64,000 bases of DNA, from NCBI GenBank assembly GCA_041666915.1, contig JBAYFZ010000002.1, positions 14,771 through 78,770 of the forward strand. Direction: 5' to 3'. The notes below the pieces were generated by a model that was not told where the DNA came from, ran no database searches, and worked only from the letters and a program-made list of their open reading frames with translations. The DNA comes from Minisyncoccota bacterium. GTDB lineage: Bacteria > Patescibacteriota > Minisyncoccia > Phycocordibacterales > PALSA-1337. Both the position numbers and the translations under genes were made by a program. Positions 10,586 through 18,659 of this stretch are shown here, one piece after another (positions within the stretch are counted from its first letter, which is position 1; every line of letters starts with the position of its first letter).

Positions 10586-10650
10586 CGTAATCATATAGAT
10601 ACGAGTTAAAATCCTGATTAAGAAAGGTTAAAGAAATGATGAAGATTTTT
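10586..10650 (-). promoter_or_regulatory. conserved upstream box (copy 1 of 3) preceding the MBL/ComEC-C gene
   Basis: Minus strand reads cttcatcatttctttaacctttcttaatcaggattttaactcgtatctatatgattacgg, then ATG. Near-identical to the box upstream of comM at 55012..55064 and similar to the one upstream of comEC at 13393..13450. Confidence 0.6.
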
Positions 10651-10757
10651 TGATGATTTTAACTAGGTATTACCTCATTAAAATCATTTACCGTAAACAA
10701 AAAAGGTCTTTTGGCGTATAATCAAGGTCTATTCTCAATAATAAATCTCAAAATAAT

Positions 10758-11372
10758 ATGAAACAATTCACCCTAAAAACATTCACCATTCCGGCTCTAA
10801 AAGGAATTTCTGCAAAAAATATTGAGGAGCATTTGAAGCTATACGCTGGCTATGTCAAAAACACCAATCTGATCCTTACGAAGATTGAGGAACTAAAAAA
10901 AGATACTGACTCATCAACCCCCTCAGGACAAGGTAATGCATATATCGTCGGAGAGATAAACAGACGTTTCGGTTTTGAATACAATGGTATGCGCAATCAT
11001 GAAATATATTTTTCTTCATTAGAAGGCGCAACCCCTCTTAGCGATAAAAGTTCCCTCAAAAAAACGATTTCTGAGACTTGGGGATCCTTTGATGCTTGGC
11101 TGGCAGAATTCAAACTTATTGGACTTACTCGTGGCATTGGTTGGGCTATTCTATATTATGATAATAAAGATGGTCGTCTCCTCAATGCTTGGATTGACGA
11201 ACAACATTTGGGACAACTTCAAGGTTGCTCCCCTATTCTCGCTATGGATATGTGGGAACATTCCTATGTAGCCGATTACCAGCCTTCTGGAAAGAAAAAC
11301 TATATTGAAGACTTTTTTGCAAATTTAAATTGGGAGGTTATTGAAGGAAATTTCAAAAAAGCGGTTAGGTAA
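10758..11372 (+). CDS. sod: Fe/Mn-family superoxide dismutase
   Basis: 204 aa; NHEIYF and DMWEHSYVADYQ match the NHxxYW and DxWEHAYY ligand motifs. The first ligand His is conserved (IEEH). Confidence 0.85.
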   Translation: MKQFTLKTFTIPALKGISAKNIEEHLKLYAGYVKNTNLILTKIEELKKDTDSSTPSGQGNAYIVGEINRRFGFEYNGMRNHEIYFSSLEGATPLSDKSSLKKTISETWGSFDAWLAEFKLIGLTRGIGWAILYYDNKDGRLLNAWIDEQHLGQLQGCSPILAMDMWEHSYVADYQPSGKKNYIEDFFANLNWEVIEGNFKKAVR

Positions 11373-11460
11373 TACAATTGCGAAATAAATCTATTATGTA
11401 AAGAAAAGGTGTGTTCAATTTCTTGACACCGCTCCTTATTTGGAATAAACTCCTACCAGT

Positions 11461-11557
11461 GAAATACTTTGAGATTTTTGAGATTCTCTAAGAGCGGAAA
11501 ATCCGGGTCGGCCGCCAGCGTTCGCTTCGGCGAATATGCAGTATGGAGGGATCGCTT
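11461..11557. other. GC-rich structured element immediately 3' of comEC, closed by a 10-bp inverted repeat; possible small ncRNA or complex terminator
   Basis: gagattctct ... agagaatctc encloses about 75 nt that is much more GC-rich than the surroundings and contains a gcttcggc UUCG-type hairpin. Confidence 0.3.
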
Positions 11558-13392
11558 CATGAAAATGAGGTGCCCGTCCTCCAGAGAATCTCAAAGTTCT
11601 TGAGGTATTTTTTATCGGTGACAAAAGAGGTGATAATGATTATCTCATCATTTACAGATTCAAAAACGATTACATGTGGTTCTCCTTCATTATCAGGAAA
11701 GAATTTAGTAATCAATAAACGATTATTCTTTCCCTTAAGAATAATATCTGGGTTCTTGAAAATTATCACCATCATTTCAAGTAAGTTTTTACCTTCCATA
11801 TCTTTCTCTGCAAGATGCTTAAAAGTCCTTCTAGAAAAATGTATCGATTTAAATTTTGTATTTAACAATTGAGATACAACAACCGTATTAAAATTAGTCA
11901 AAATCTTATCATCAGGATTATCAATCAAAACATTTTTTGGTAACTTCTGAAATTCTTTAAACAACAAAAGTAATGTATTTGAATCTGATCTTGATCTAAA
12001 AAGTTTAAAGCGGGTAAAAATCTTTCTTCTTAAGTAAACCCCCGCAAACACCACATAAAATCCAACGACCCACCAAAAGGAAAATGCTTCAACTTGTAAT
12101 GAAGCAAACGGGAATCTGGCGAAATTGTTGACCATAAAAAGTTCATAGGAAAGCAAGAGATGACTTGCCCAACCAAAAACTTGAGCCAGTGGTAACCAAA
12201 ACATTCCTACAATCCCAGTAATAAAAACAAAAAGCATGGTTACAGGAATAAAAGGTAGAACCAAAATATTGACCAACATTCCAATTATTGAAATCTGTCC
12301 CATCATATACAAGATGTAAGGTGAAACAAATATTTGTGTAGCTATAGTTGAAGCAACAATACCTCGTATACCAAATCTCTCCGTAATAAATGTCAGGCGC
12401 TTTTCTATTGGACCAGCAAGAATGATAAGTCCTAGAGTTGCCAAAAATGAAAGCTGGAAAGAAGGGTCATGCAAAAGTATCATCGGATTTTGAACGAGCA
12501 TGAGAAGACCAGCAAACATGAGCGCATGAATAACACTATAATCACGTCGGATAATGTCAGCGAAAAGAGCAATACTCGCCATCAGACAAGAACGAACAAC
12601 CGTGGCACCACCGCCAACCAAAATTCCAAACAAAGCGATACCAATACCACCAACTGATATTCCCCAAACTCTAGGCAAAAATGAAAGTAGGCGACGCATA
12701 GCGTCTGCAACAATAGTGATGTTGTATCCAGAAAGTACAACGATATGTATAAGTCCAACTTTTCTAAAATCATCTAACAGATCATTCCCCAGAGCAGACT
12801 TCTCCCCCACCACCAGACCAGATGCCAGAGCAGAGTGTGGTTCCCCTAAAGTTTTCTTCAAATTATTTACGAAATTTCTTTTCAGAGAAAATAATTGTGA
12901 AGAGAGTTTAGAAAAAAATGATTGAATTCCAAACCAAGATGAATTATTTTGTTGAACAATTTTCGTCAATGAAACAACCGCACTTTTCATCTCAAAATAA
13001 ATATCATCTTTTGCCAGATAATTTTTGTAATCAAAGATGCGACCCGAACCACTGTCAAAATTTGTCGGCTGTAATAATTTTCCTTTGAAAGAAACTTTAT
13101 CTCCAAAAGAAAATCGTGGATAAAGTTTGGTTTTCAAGCGAATGAGAAATTCTGTATTACAATATTTTGACGTACTCACTACCGAAAGATCCAAAACTGA
13201 GACAACAAAGACTTGTCCGTTTTCTTTTCGTTCTGGTTCATTCTCAATAATCCCAACTCCTTGAACATTCTGTTTCACACAATCACCTATATCTGGTGGC
13301 TCTATACCAAAAGATTGCCAGATACGAAAAATGGCAGTAGCTATGAATATACTCCAAAAAATAAAAACACCTCTCTTCATGAGAAGCATCAT
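11557..13392 (-). CDS. comEC: competence protein ComEC/Rec2 (DUF4131 plus Competence domain, no MBL domain) with an uncharacterised ~150-aa C-terminal extension
   Basis: 611 aa; N-terminal OB-like region, polytopic membrane core with GLIHIVVLSGYNITIV. The C-terminal MBL domain is missing and appears to be encoded separately at 9675..10583. Confidence 0.8.
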   Translation of the reverse strand: MMLLMKRGVFIFWSIFIATAIFRIWQSFGIEPPDIGDCVKQNVQGVGIIENEPERKENGQVFVVSVLDLSVVSTSKYCNTEFLIRLKTKLYPRFSFGDKVSFKGKLLQPTNFDSGSGRIFDYKNYLAKDDIYFEMKSAVVSLTKIVQQNNSSWFGIQSFFSKLSSQLFSLKRNFVNNLKKTLGEPHSALASGLVVGEKSALGNDLLDDFRKVGLIHIVVLSGYNITIVADAMRRLLSFLPRVWGISVGGIGIALFGILVGGGATVVRSCLMASIALFADIIRRDYSVIHALMFAGLLMLVQNPMILLHDPSFQLSFLATLGLIILAGPIEKRLTFITERFGIRGIVASTIATQIFVSPYILYMMGQISIIGMLVNILVLPFIPVTMLFVFITGIVGMFWLPLAQVFGWASHLLLSYELFMVNNFARFPFASLQVEAFSFWWVVGFYVVFAGVYLRRKIFTRFKLFRSRSDSNTLLLLFKEFQKLPKNVLIDNPDDKILTNFNTVVVSQLLNTKFKSIHFSRRTFKHLAEKDMEGKNLLEMMVIIFKNPDIILKGKNNRLLITKFFPDNEGEPHVIVFESVNDEIIIITSFVTDKKYLKNFEILWRTGTSFS

Positions 13393-13450
13393 ACAAGCGC
13401 GAGTTTAAATCCTGATTAAGAAAGGTTAAAAAAATGATGAAGAAAACTTA
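13393..13450 (-). promoter_or_regulatory. conserved upstream box (copy 2 of 3) preceding comEC
   Basis: Minus strand reads gttttcttcatcatttttttaacctttcttaatcaggatttaaactcgcgcttgtatgatg overlapping the ATG. Confidence 0.55.
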
Positions 13451-13470
13451 GCCAAGGCCTATCTCGTCAA

Positions 13471-14196
13471 TCAAATCAAATACGCCTCATATTCTTCTAT
13501 TATTTTATTTTCATCTTCTACACTAATAGCTTTTTTATATCTTGCACCTCTTGCACCCTTTACTCTTTTTTCACATTCAGACCATGAACGATGAGTCTCT
13601 ATGACACCACCAACAGAACTTACATATGAATATGCTTTGGTTTTGGAATGAGATGATGAAGATTTCTTATCGTCTTTCTTCTCTTCATTATGTGAAACAT
13701 CCAAAATATTTTGTAAAGCATATTTAGAAAGAGGACCTTTGTATAACCTGATTTCTTGACCATCTGCAAAGGCAGTAGCTATCTCATCACATCTCTCGTT
13801 GCCGACAATACCGATATGACCACCGACATATTTCCAACTAACAGTTTTACTTTCTACTTGTAGAGAAAGTTTCATCCACAAATCTTTATTTGAAACATCC
13901 TCTTTTGTCTTTGTCTTCCAGCCATTTTTTTTCCAACCTTTTATCCATTTTGTAATGCCATTTATTACATAAGAAGAATCCGTATTGACAGTACAAGCTG
14001 AACCATCTGATGTATGAGAAAGCCCCTCTATTGTCGCCATCAACTCCATCTTATTATTTGTTGTAAATTTTTCACCACCACCAAGCTCTAAAACTTCTGA
14101 TTTATCAGAATCAAGTCTTGATACCACAACAGCACCCCAACCACCGGGACCAGGATTACCTCGCGAAGATCCATCTGTAAAAATTATATTTTCCAT
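13471..14196 (-). CDS. rnhA: ribonuclease HI with C-terminal hybrid-binding (Cauli_VI-like) domain
   Basis: 241 aa; IFTDGSSRGNPGPGGWGAV RNase H core. The C-terminus KAYSYVSSVGGVIETHRSWSECEKRVKGARGARYKKAISVEDENKIIEEY resembles the eukaryotic RNase H1 HBD, here at the C-terminus. Confidence 0.85.
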   Translation of the reverse strand: MENIIFTDGSSRGNPGPGGWGAVVVSRLDSDKSEVLELGGGEKFTTNNKMELMATIEGLSHTSDGSACTVNTDSSYVINGITKWIKGWKKNGWKTKTKEDVSNKDLWMKLSLQVESKTVSWKYVGGHIGIVGNERCDEIATAFADGQEIRLYKGPLSKYALQNILDVSHNEEKKDDKKSSSSHSKTKAYSYVSSVGGVIETHRSWSECEKRVKGARGARYKKAISVEDENKIIEEYEAYLI

Positions 14197-14219
14197 ATTA
14201 TTAAAATCAGTATAGCAAA

Positions 14220-15986
14220 TTATTTGACAATGACATCTATTATCCTCAACCTCAATTCACTCCTTCCTCTGTACATAGATTTTTCCAAAGAAGCTACGAG
14301 ATCAATCGTTTTATTAGCTATAACTTTACTTGCCCAACTTTCTTTCGCCCCAAAAAATGATATGGCTGAGACTTTTTCTCCACTCTTTTTCTTGAATGAA
14401 AGCTCAACATGTTCTTTACCCTTTCCAAAAATTTTAACCTCAACAGGAACAACATCTCTAAAAAGAAAAACTGGTTTTGGATTACCGATACCAAACGGAG
14501 CTAACTTATTTATCTCATTATACAATCTAGAATCAATCATTTCTAAAGAAAGTTCCATATCTATAACTGAGTCAGATTTATTTTCAATACTATCAACCTC
14601 CAAATCAAAATCGCCAGTTTTTTTGATATTTTTATTTAGAGCTTTCTTCATATCACCAACCGCTTTGTTTAACCTTTGCTCCAAAAAGTGTACGTCATCA
14701 TTGGAAACAGCGAAACCGCCAGAATGGTGATGCCCACCAAATTGTAAAAATGTTTCTATTGGAGTAGCTCGCATAAGTTCTACTACATTGGTTTGCCCTT
14801 CAGAACGACAAGAGCCCTTTATGATATCGTCCCCATCTCTCCCCCAAAAGAAAGCTGGTCTATCAAATTCCTCTGCACAAGAGTTTGCAACCAAACCAAG
14901 GAGCGATGGTCGCCACAGAGGATTACCCAAAACTATTACGTCTGGCAAAGAATCTTGATATCTTTCATGTAAAATTTTCTTAACCTCTTTGACTAGAGAA
15001 GCGACGACCCCTTTTCTTTCATTATTTATCTTATCCAAATGATCTGCAAAAAAATGAGCATCTTCATCAGTGTCTGCAGAAAGAAGCTTGAAAGCGTCCA
15101 TAGGTTTCCCCATGCGTGAAGCCGCATTGATCCTAGGGGTGATCATAAAAGCAATATCATCTTCAGTTAGAAATCTTTGATTTATATTCAATTTACGCAA
15201 AAGTTGCATCAAGCCTTTCCTAGGACTCTTACGCAAAACTGCCAAACCAAAATGCGCAAAGATGCGATTTTCTCCAGTTAGACTGACCATATCTGAAAGT
15301 GTAGCAATACCGACCATATCCAATAACCATTTCTCGTGCCCTTCTTTCAAACCAAAACGATTCTTTTTTAGAATTGCTTGAATGAGTTTATAAGCAACAC
15401 CAGAACCGCATAGATTTTTATCAGGATAAGGACAATCTTTTTGTTTATGATCAACAATAGCAAAAGCTGGCGGTAAAGGAGTTGGTGGTTCATGATGATC
15501 TGTAATAATCACATCCATACCCAATTTTTTCGCACGAGTGACTGGCATAACATCAGTAACACCACAATCTACAGTTATGAGTAGCTTCACCCCTTCCCCA
15601 GCCAATTGTTCAACAGCTTCTACATTCAAACCAAAACCTTCATCATGACGATGTGGAATATATATAGAAAAATTACTGAAACCAATTCTTTTGAACAAAT
15701 CATTGAAAATGACAGATCCAGGGATACCGTCAGCATCATAATCGGCATATATAGCGATACGTTCATTATTATTTATTGCTTGAACGATACGATCGGCTGA
15801 TTTTTCGGCGTCTTTGAGAAGAAAAGGGTCATGAATATCTTTCTCATAATCTGGAGCCAGAAACTTTTCTGCGATTTTATTGTCCAAAATACCACGATGA
15901 AAGAGAAGGTGCGCAGTAATATCTGGCACACTATTCAATACAGCTCGCTCCTTATCATTTAATTGCCTACGGATATTGTATGACAC
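14220..15986 (-). CDS. recJ: single-stranded-DNA-specific exonuclease RecJ; 5' end uncertain (probably GTG/TTG near 15929-15986, not the 16133 codon in the ORF track)
   Basis: DHH motifs (DYDADGI, ITDHHEPP) and DHHA1 region. The long ORF to 16133 would overlap the plus-strand HIT gene start at 16035. Confidence 0.85.
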   Translation of the reverse strand: MSYNIRRQLNDKERAVLNSVPDITAHLLFHRGILDNKIAEKFLAPDYEKDIHDPFLLKDAEKSADRIVQAINNNERIAIYADYDADGIPGSVIFNDLFKRIGFSNFSIYIPHRHDEGFGLNVEAVEQLAGEGVKLLITVDCGVTDVMPVTRAKKLGMDVIITDHHEPPTPLPPAFAIVDHKQKDCPYPDKNLCGSGVAYKLIQAILKKNRFGLKEGHEKWLLDMVGIATLSDMVSLTGENRIFAHFGLAVLRKSPRKGLMQLLRKLNINQRFLTEDDIAFMITPRINAASRMGKPMDAFKLLSADTDEDAHFFADHLDKINNERKGVVASLVKEVKKILHERYQDSLPDVIVLGNPLWRPSLLGLVANSCAEEFDRPAFFWGRDGDDIIKGSCRSEGQTNVVELMRATPIETFLQFGGHHHSGGFAVSNDDVHFLEQRLNKAVGDMKKALNKNIKKTGDFDLEVDSIENKSDSVIDMELSLEMIDSRLYNEINKLAPFGIGNPKPVFLFRDVVPVEVKIFGKGKEHVELSFKKKSGEKVSAISFFGAKESWASKVIANKTIDLVASLEKSMYRGRSELRLRIIDVIVK

Positions 15987-16034
15987 AGAACGAGTATAAC
16001 ATGCGCAACCGCTTGCTTGTGGTAAAATAGAAAC

Positions 16035-16400
16035 ATGGATAATAACTGTATCTTTTGTAAAATTGTAAACAAAGAAATTCCTGCCAATATTGTCTATGAG
16101 GATAAAAACTTTTTGGCTTTTCTTGATATACATCCAAAATCACCTGGTCACACCCTAGTTATTCCAAAGAAACACTATAGATGGGTTTGGGACGTTCCAA
16201 ATCTTACAGAATATTTCAACGCAACAGGAAAAGTAGCCTTAGCTATTCGCAAAGCCTTTGGCCAAGAAATGATCCTTTCCAAGATTGTCGGTGAAGAGAT
16301 ACACCATGCACATATCTGGTTGTACCCATCAGATGCTACAAAAGGCGATAAAAACGATTTTACAGAAAATGCTATGAAAATTTCAAAATCTTTACTTTAA
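16035..16400 (+). CDS. HIT-family (histidine triad) protein
   Basis: 121 aa; [21 protein letters not shown] and the histidine triad [12 protein letters not shown]. Confidence 0.85.
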   Translation: MDNNCIFCKIVNKEIPANIVYEDKNFLAFLDIHPKSPGHTLVIPKKHYRWVWDVPNLTEYFNATGKVALAIRKAFGQEMILSKIVGEEIHHAHIWLYPSDATKGDKNDFTENAMKISKSLL

Positions 16401-16569
16401 GGTACGAGACTTATGGTATAATAGTTAAAATTATGAAACCAAAAATTCAAGTTCAATTACCACTCTCTACTCGTATAATCCTATACGCCACTTTTGTATC
16501 AAACGTTATAGTTACCGCAATGATAATCATGCAGTATTTCAATTATGTAGCATTAGCCTCTGCTATCAA

Positions 16570-17697
16570 CTAACTGTTATTTAACACCTCAATTCCGGGT
16601 AAGGTTCCTTTTGCTAGAAATTCCAACATTGCTCCACCTCCAGTAGAAACAAAGGTGAATTTGCCTTGATCACCGTTTTCTGCAATAGCTGCCAAAGTAT
16701 CTCCCCCACCGACTATGGTCTCTGTACCATTGGAAGTAGCTTCGGCAATCATCTTTGCCAATTTCAAAGTATTATCTTTAAAACCCTTTTCATATACCCC
16801 CAAAGGACCGTTCCAAAGGATAAACTTCGCTCCTGAAACTTTCTGTTTCAATAATTCTAATGTTTCAGGACCAGAATCCATAGATTGATCTTCCTTATTC
16901 AAACCATTTACAGGCTTAATTTCACGATTTTGATTTGATAGATCCAAGGGTAATAATAATTTTGGATTATTTGCAAAACGAAGTAAATCAAAATCACCCT
17001 TTGATACCAAAGATTTTCCAATCTCATAACCCTTCTCCTTGAATATATCCGTAGCCAAGGCACCTCCTACAAAGACAAAATCTGCAATGTCCATAAATTT
17101 TTCTAGCAACGGCAACTTGGTTTCAAATTTTGCACCACCAAGAATGAATAGAAATGGATGAGCAGGATTAAAAACTTTGGAAAGATTGCCTATTTCCTTT
17201 TCCAACTGCAAACCAGCATAGCTTGATAAATATTTCGTAACTCCAACGACTGAAGCATGCGCTCTATGAGAAACAGAGAAGGCATCGTTTACATAAATAT
17301 CAGCCAAAGAAGCCAATTCTTTGGAAAACTTCGTATCATTTGCTTTTTCACCATCAAAATAACGAAGGTTTTCCAATAAGACGCAACCACCATCTTTCAT
17401 CTCATTTTCAATAATGTTATTGGCATTTTTCCAATTTTCAATAAAAACAACTTCTTGACCCAATTTCTTTAATTGTTTTGCAACAGGACTAAGTGAGCCA
17501 TTAGAACCATCACTTGCTTCTAAATGACTAATCAAAATAACTTTTGCCCCTTTTTCTCTCAAAAAATTTATAGTTGGTAAAGTCGCTTGAATGCGATAAT
17601 CATCAACTACAACATCATTTTTAACAGGCACATTGAAATCTGCACGCACCAAAACTTTAACCCCTTTCAATAATTGAATATCTTTAATTGTTTTCAT
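16570..17697 (-). CDS. pgk: phosphoglycerate kinase
   Basis: 375 aa; VRADFNVPV and SHLEASDG N-terminal PGK motifs, GGGA C-terminal motif. Confidence 0.95.
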   Translation of the reverse strand: MKTIKDIQLLKGVKVLVRADFNVPVKNDVVVDDYRIQATLPTINFLREKGAKVILISHLEASDGSNGSLSPVAKQLKKLGQEVVFIENWKNANNIIENEMKDGGCVLLENLRYFDGEKANDTKFSKELASLADIYVNDAFSVSHRAHASVVGVTKYLSSYAGLQLEKEIGNLSKVFNPAHPFLFILGGAKFETKLPLLEKFMDIADFVFVGGALATDIFKEKGYEIGKSLVSKGDFDLLRFANNPKLLLPLDLSNQNREIKPVNGLNKEDQSMDSGPETLELLKQKVSGAKFILWNGPLGVYEKGFKDNTLKLAKMIAEATSNGTETIVGGGDTLAAIAENGDQGKFTFVSTGGGAMLEFLAKGTLPGIEVLNNS

Positions 17698-17705
17698 TGT
17701 TTTAT

Positions 17706-18476
17706 TTAAGAAATTGTATCAACCACCTTCAAAAGTTCACTGAAACCTGTAATATTGACACTTTCTCTTCCAACCAAAAGACCGTCAACTTTACCAGTTG
17801 TAATAATATCAAAAGCATTTCTAAAATTTACCGATCCTCCATAGAGAACCACGGCTTTCATAGCTAAACTAGCATCAAAAATATCAGAAAGAACTTTTCT
17901 AATAAAAATAGTCATCTCGTATATTTGATCCGAACTCATAGGCTCACTTACGCCAATAGCCCATACAGGTTCATAAGCCAAGACTATATCTTTTGCATAT
18001 TTCTTTGGAACATCAGCGAAAGTTTCTTTGATCTGTTGTTTCAAAAACTCAAAATGAGAGCCGTTTTCCGTATCTCTTGCTTTTTCACCAACACAAACCA
18101 CCGGCTTCATCCCTGCATCAAGAATAATCTTTATTTTCTTTGATACAATCTCATTTGTATCACCACGCTCACGTTCTTCCGAATGACCAACTATGACATA
18201 CTCAACTCCCATATTTACCAAGATTTTTGCACCAACTTCCCCAGTATGAGGACCTTCTTCATCTTTAGAAACTGACTGGGCTCCCATATGAAAATTACTT
18301 ATCCTGTCTTTCGGTGAACATACCTGAATAAAAACAAATGGCGGACAAATCACGGTCTCCGTCTTTTTTAATTCTGGGCTCAAATGTTGTACCTTTTTCG
18401 CAATCTGTTTTGCCTCATCAATTGTTACAGGATTCATCTTCCAATTACCGATAATGAGTTTTTTGTTCATGGTCAC
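17706..18476 (-). CDS. tpiA: triosephosphate isomerase
   Basis: 256 aa; IIGNWKMN, AYEPVWAIG, YGGSV. Confidence 0.95.
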   Translation of the reverse strand: MTMNKKLIIGNWKMNPVTIDEAKQIAKKVQHLSPELKKTETVICPPFVFIQVCSPKDRISNFHMGAQSVSKDEEGPHTGEVGAKILVNMGVEYVIVGHSEERERGDTNEIVSKKIKIILDAGMKPVVCVGEKARDTENGSHFEFLKQQIKETFADVPKKYAKDIVLAYEPVWAIGVSEPMSSDQIYEMTIFIRKVLSDIFDASLAMKAVVLYGGSVNFRNAFDIITTGKVDGLLVGRESVNITGFSELLKVVDTIS

Positions 18477-18518
18477 ATTATACCTAAAAATTGATCACTT
18501 AAACAACACAAAACACAT

Positions 18519-18653
18519 AAATTTGGATGCGATTCTACCCAGTAGGCGATCCTGCTGGATCGGGAGCAAGCGAGGCTTGTGACTAGGCTGTATGAATAAT
18601 ACTGCCTAGTCACAAACGAGTGAAGCGACAACGAAGCGCGCCAAATTTACGCG
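18519..18653. repeat. intergenic repeat element, copy A (hairpin core ttgtgactaggc...gcctagtcacaa); carries a 25-nt insert relative to copy B
   Basis: About 110 nt near-identical to 36718..36824. Both copies lie directly 3' of a minus-strand gene stop. Copy A has the extra cccagtaggcgatcctgctggatcg. Confidence 0.7.
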
Positions 18654-18659
18654 TTTTGA

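Noticed and set aside
11461-11557. Assignment of the GC-rich comEC-downstream element as SRP (4.5S) RNA
   Set aside because: Single-hairpin shape and size are compatible, but the conserved domain-IV GGAA/AGCAGCC motifs were not recognisable by eye.
14224-14730. Plus-strand 168-aa ORF inside recJ
   Set aside because: Antisense to the RecJ DHHA1 region; low-complexity Ser/Leu-rich translation.
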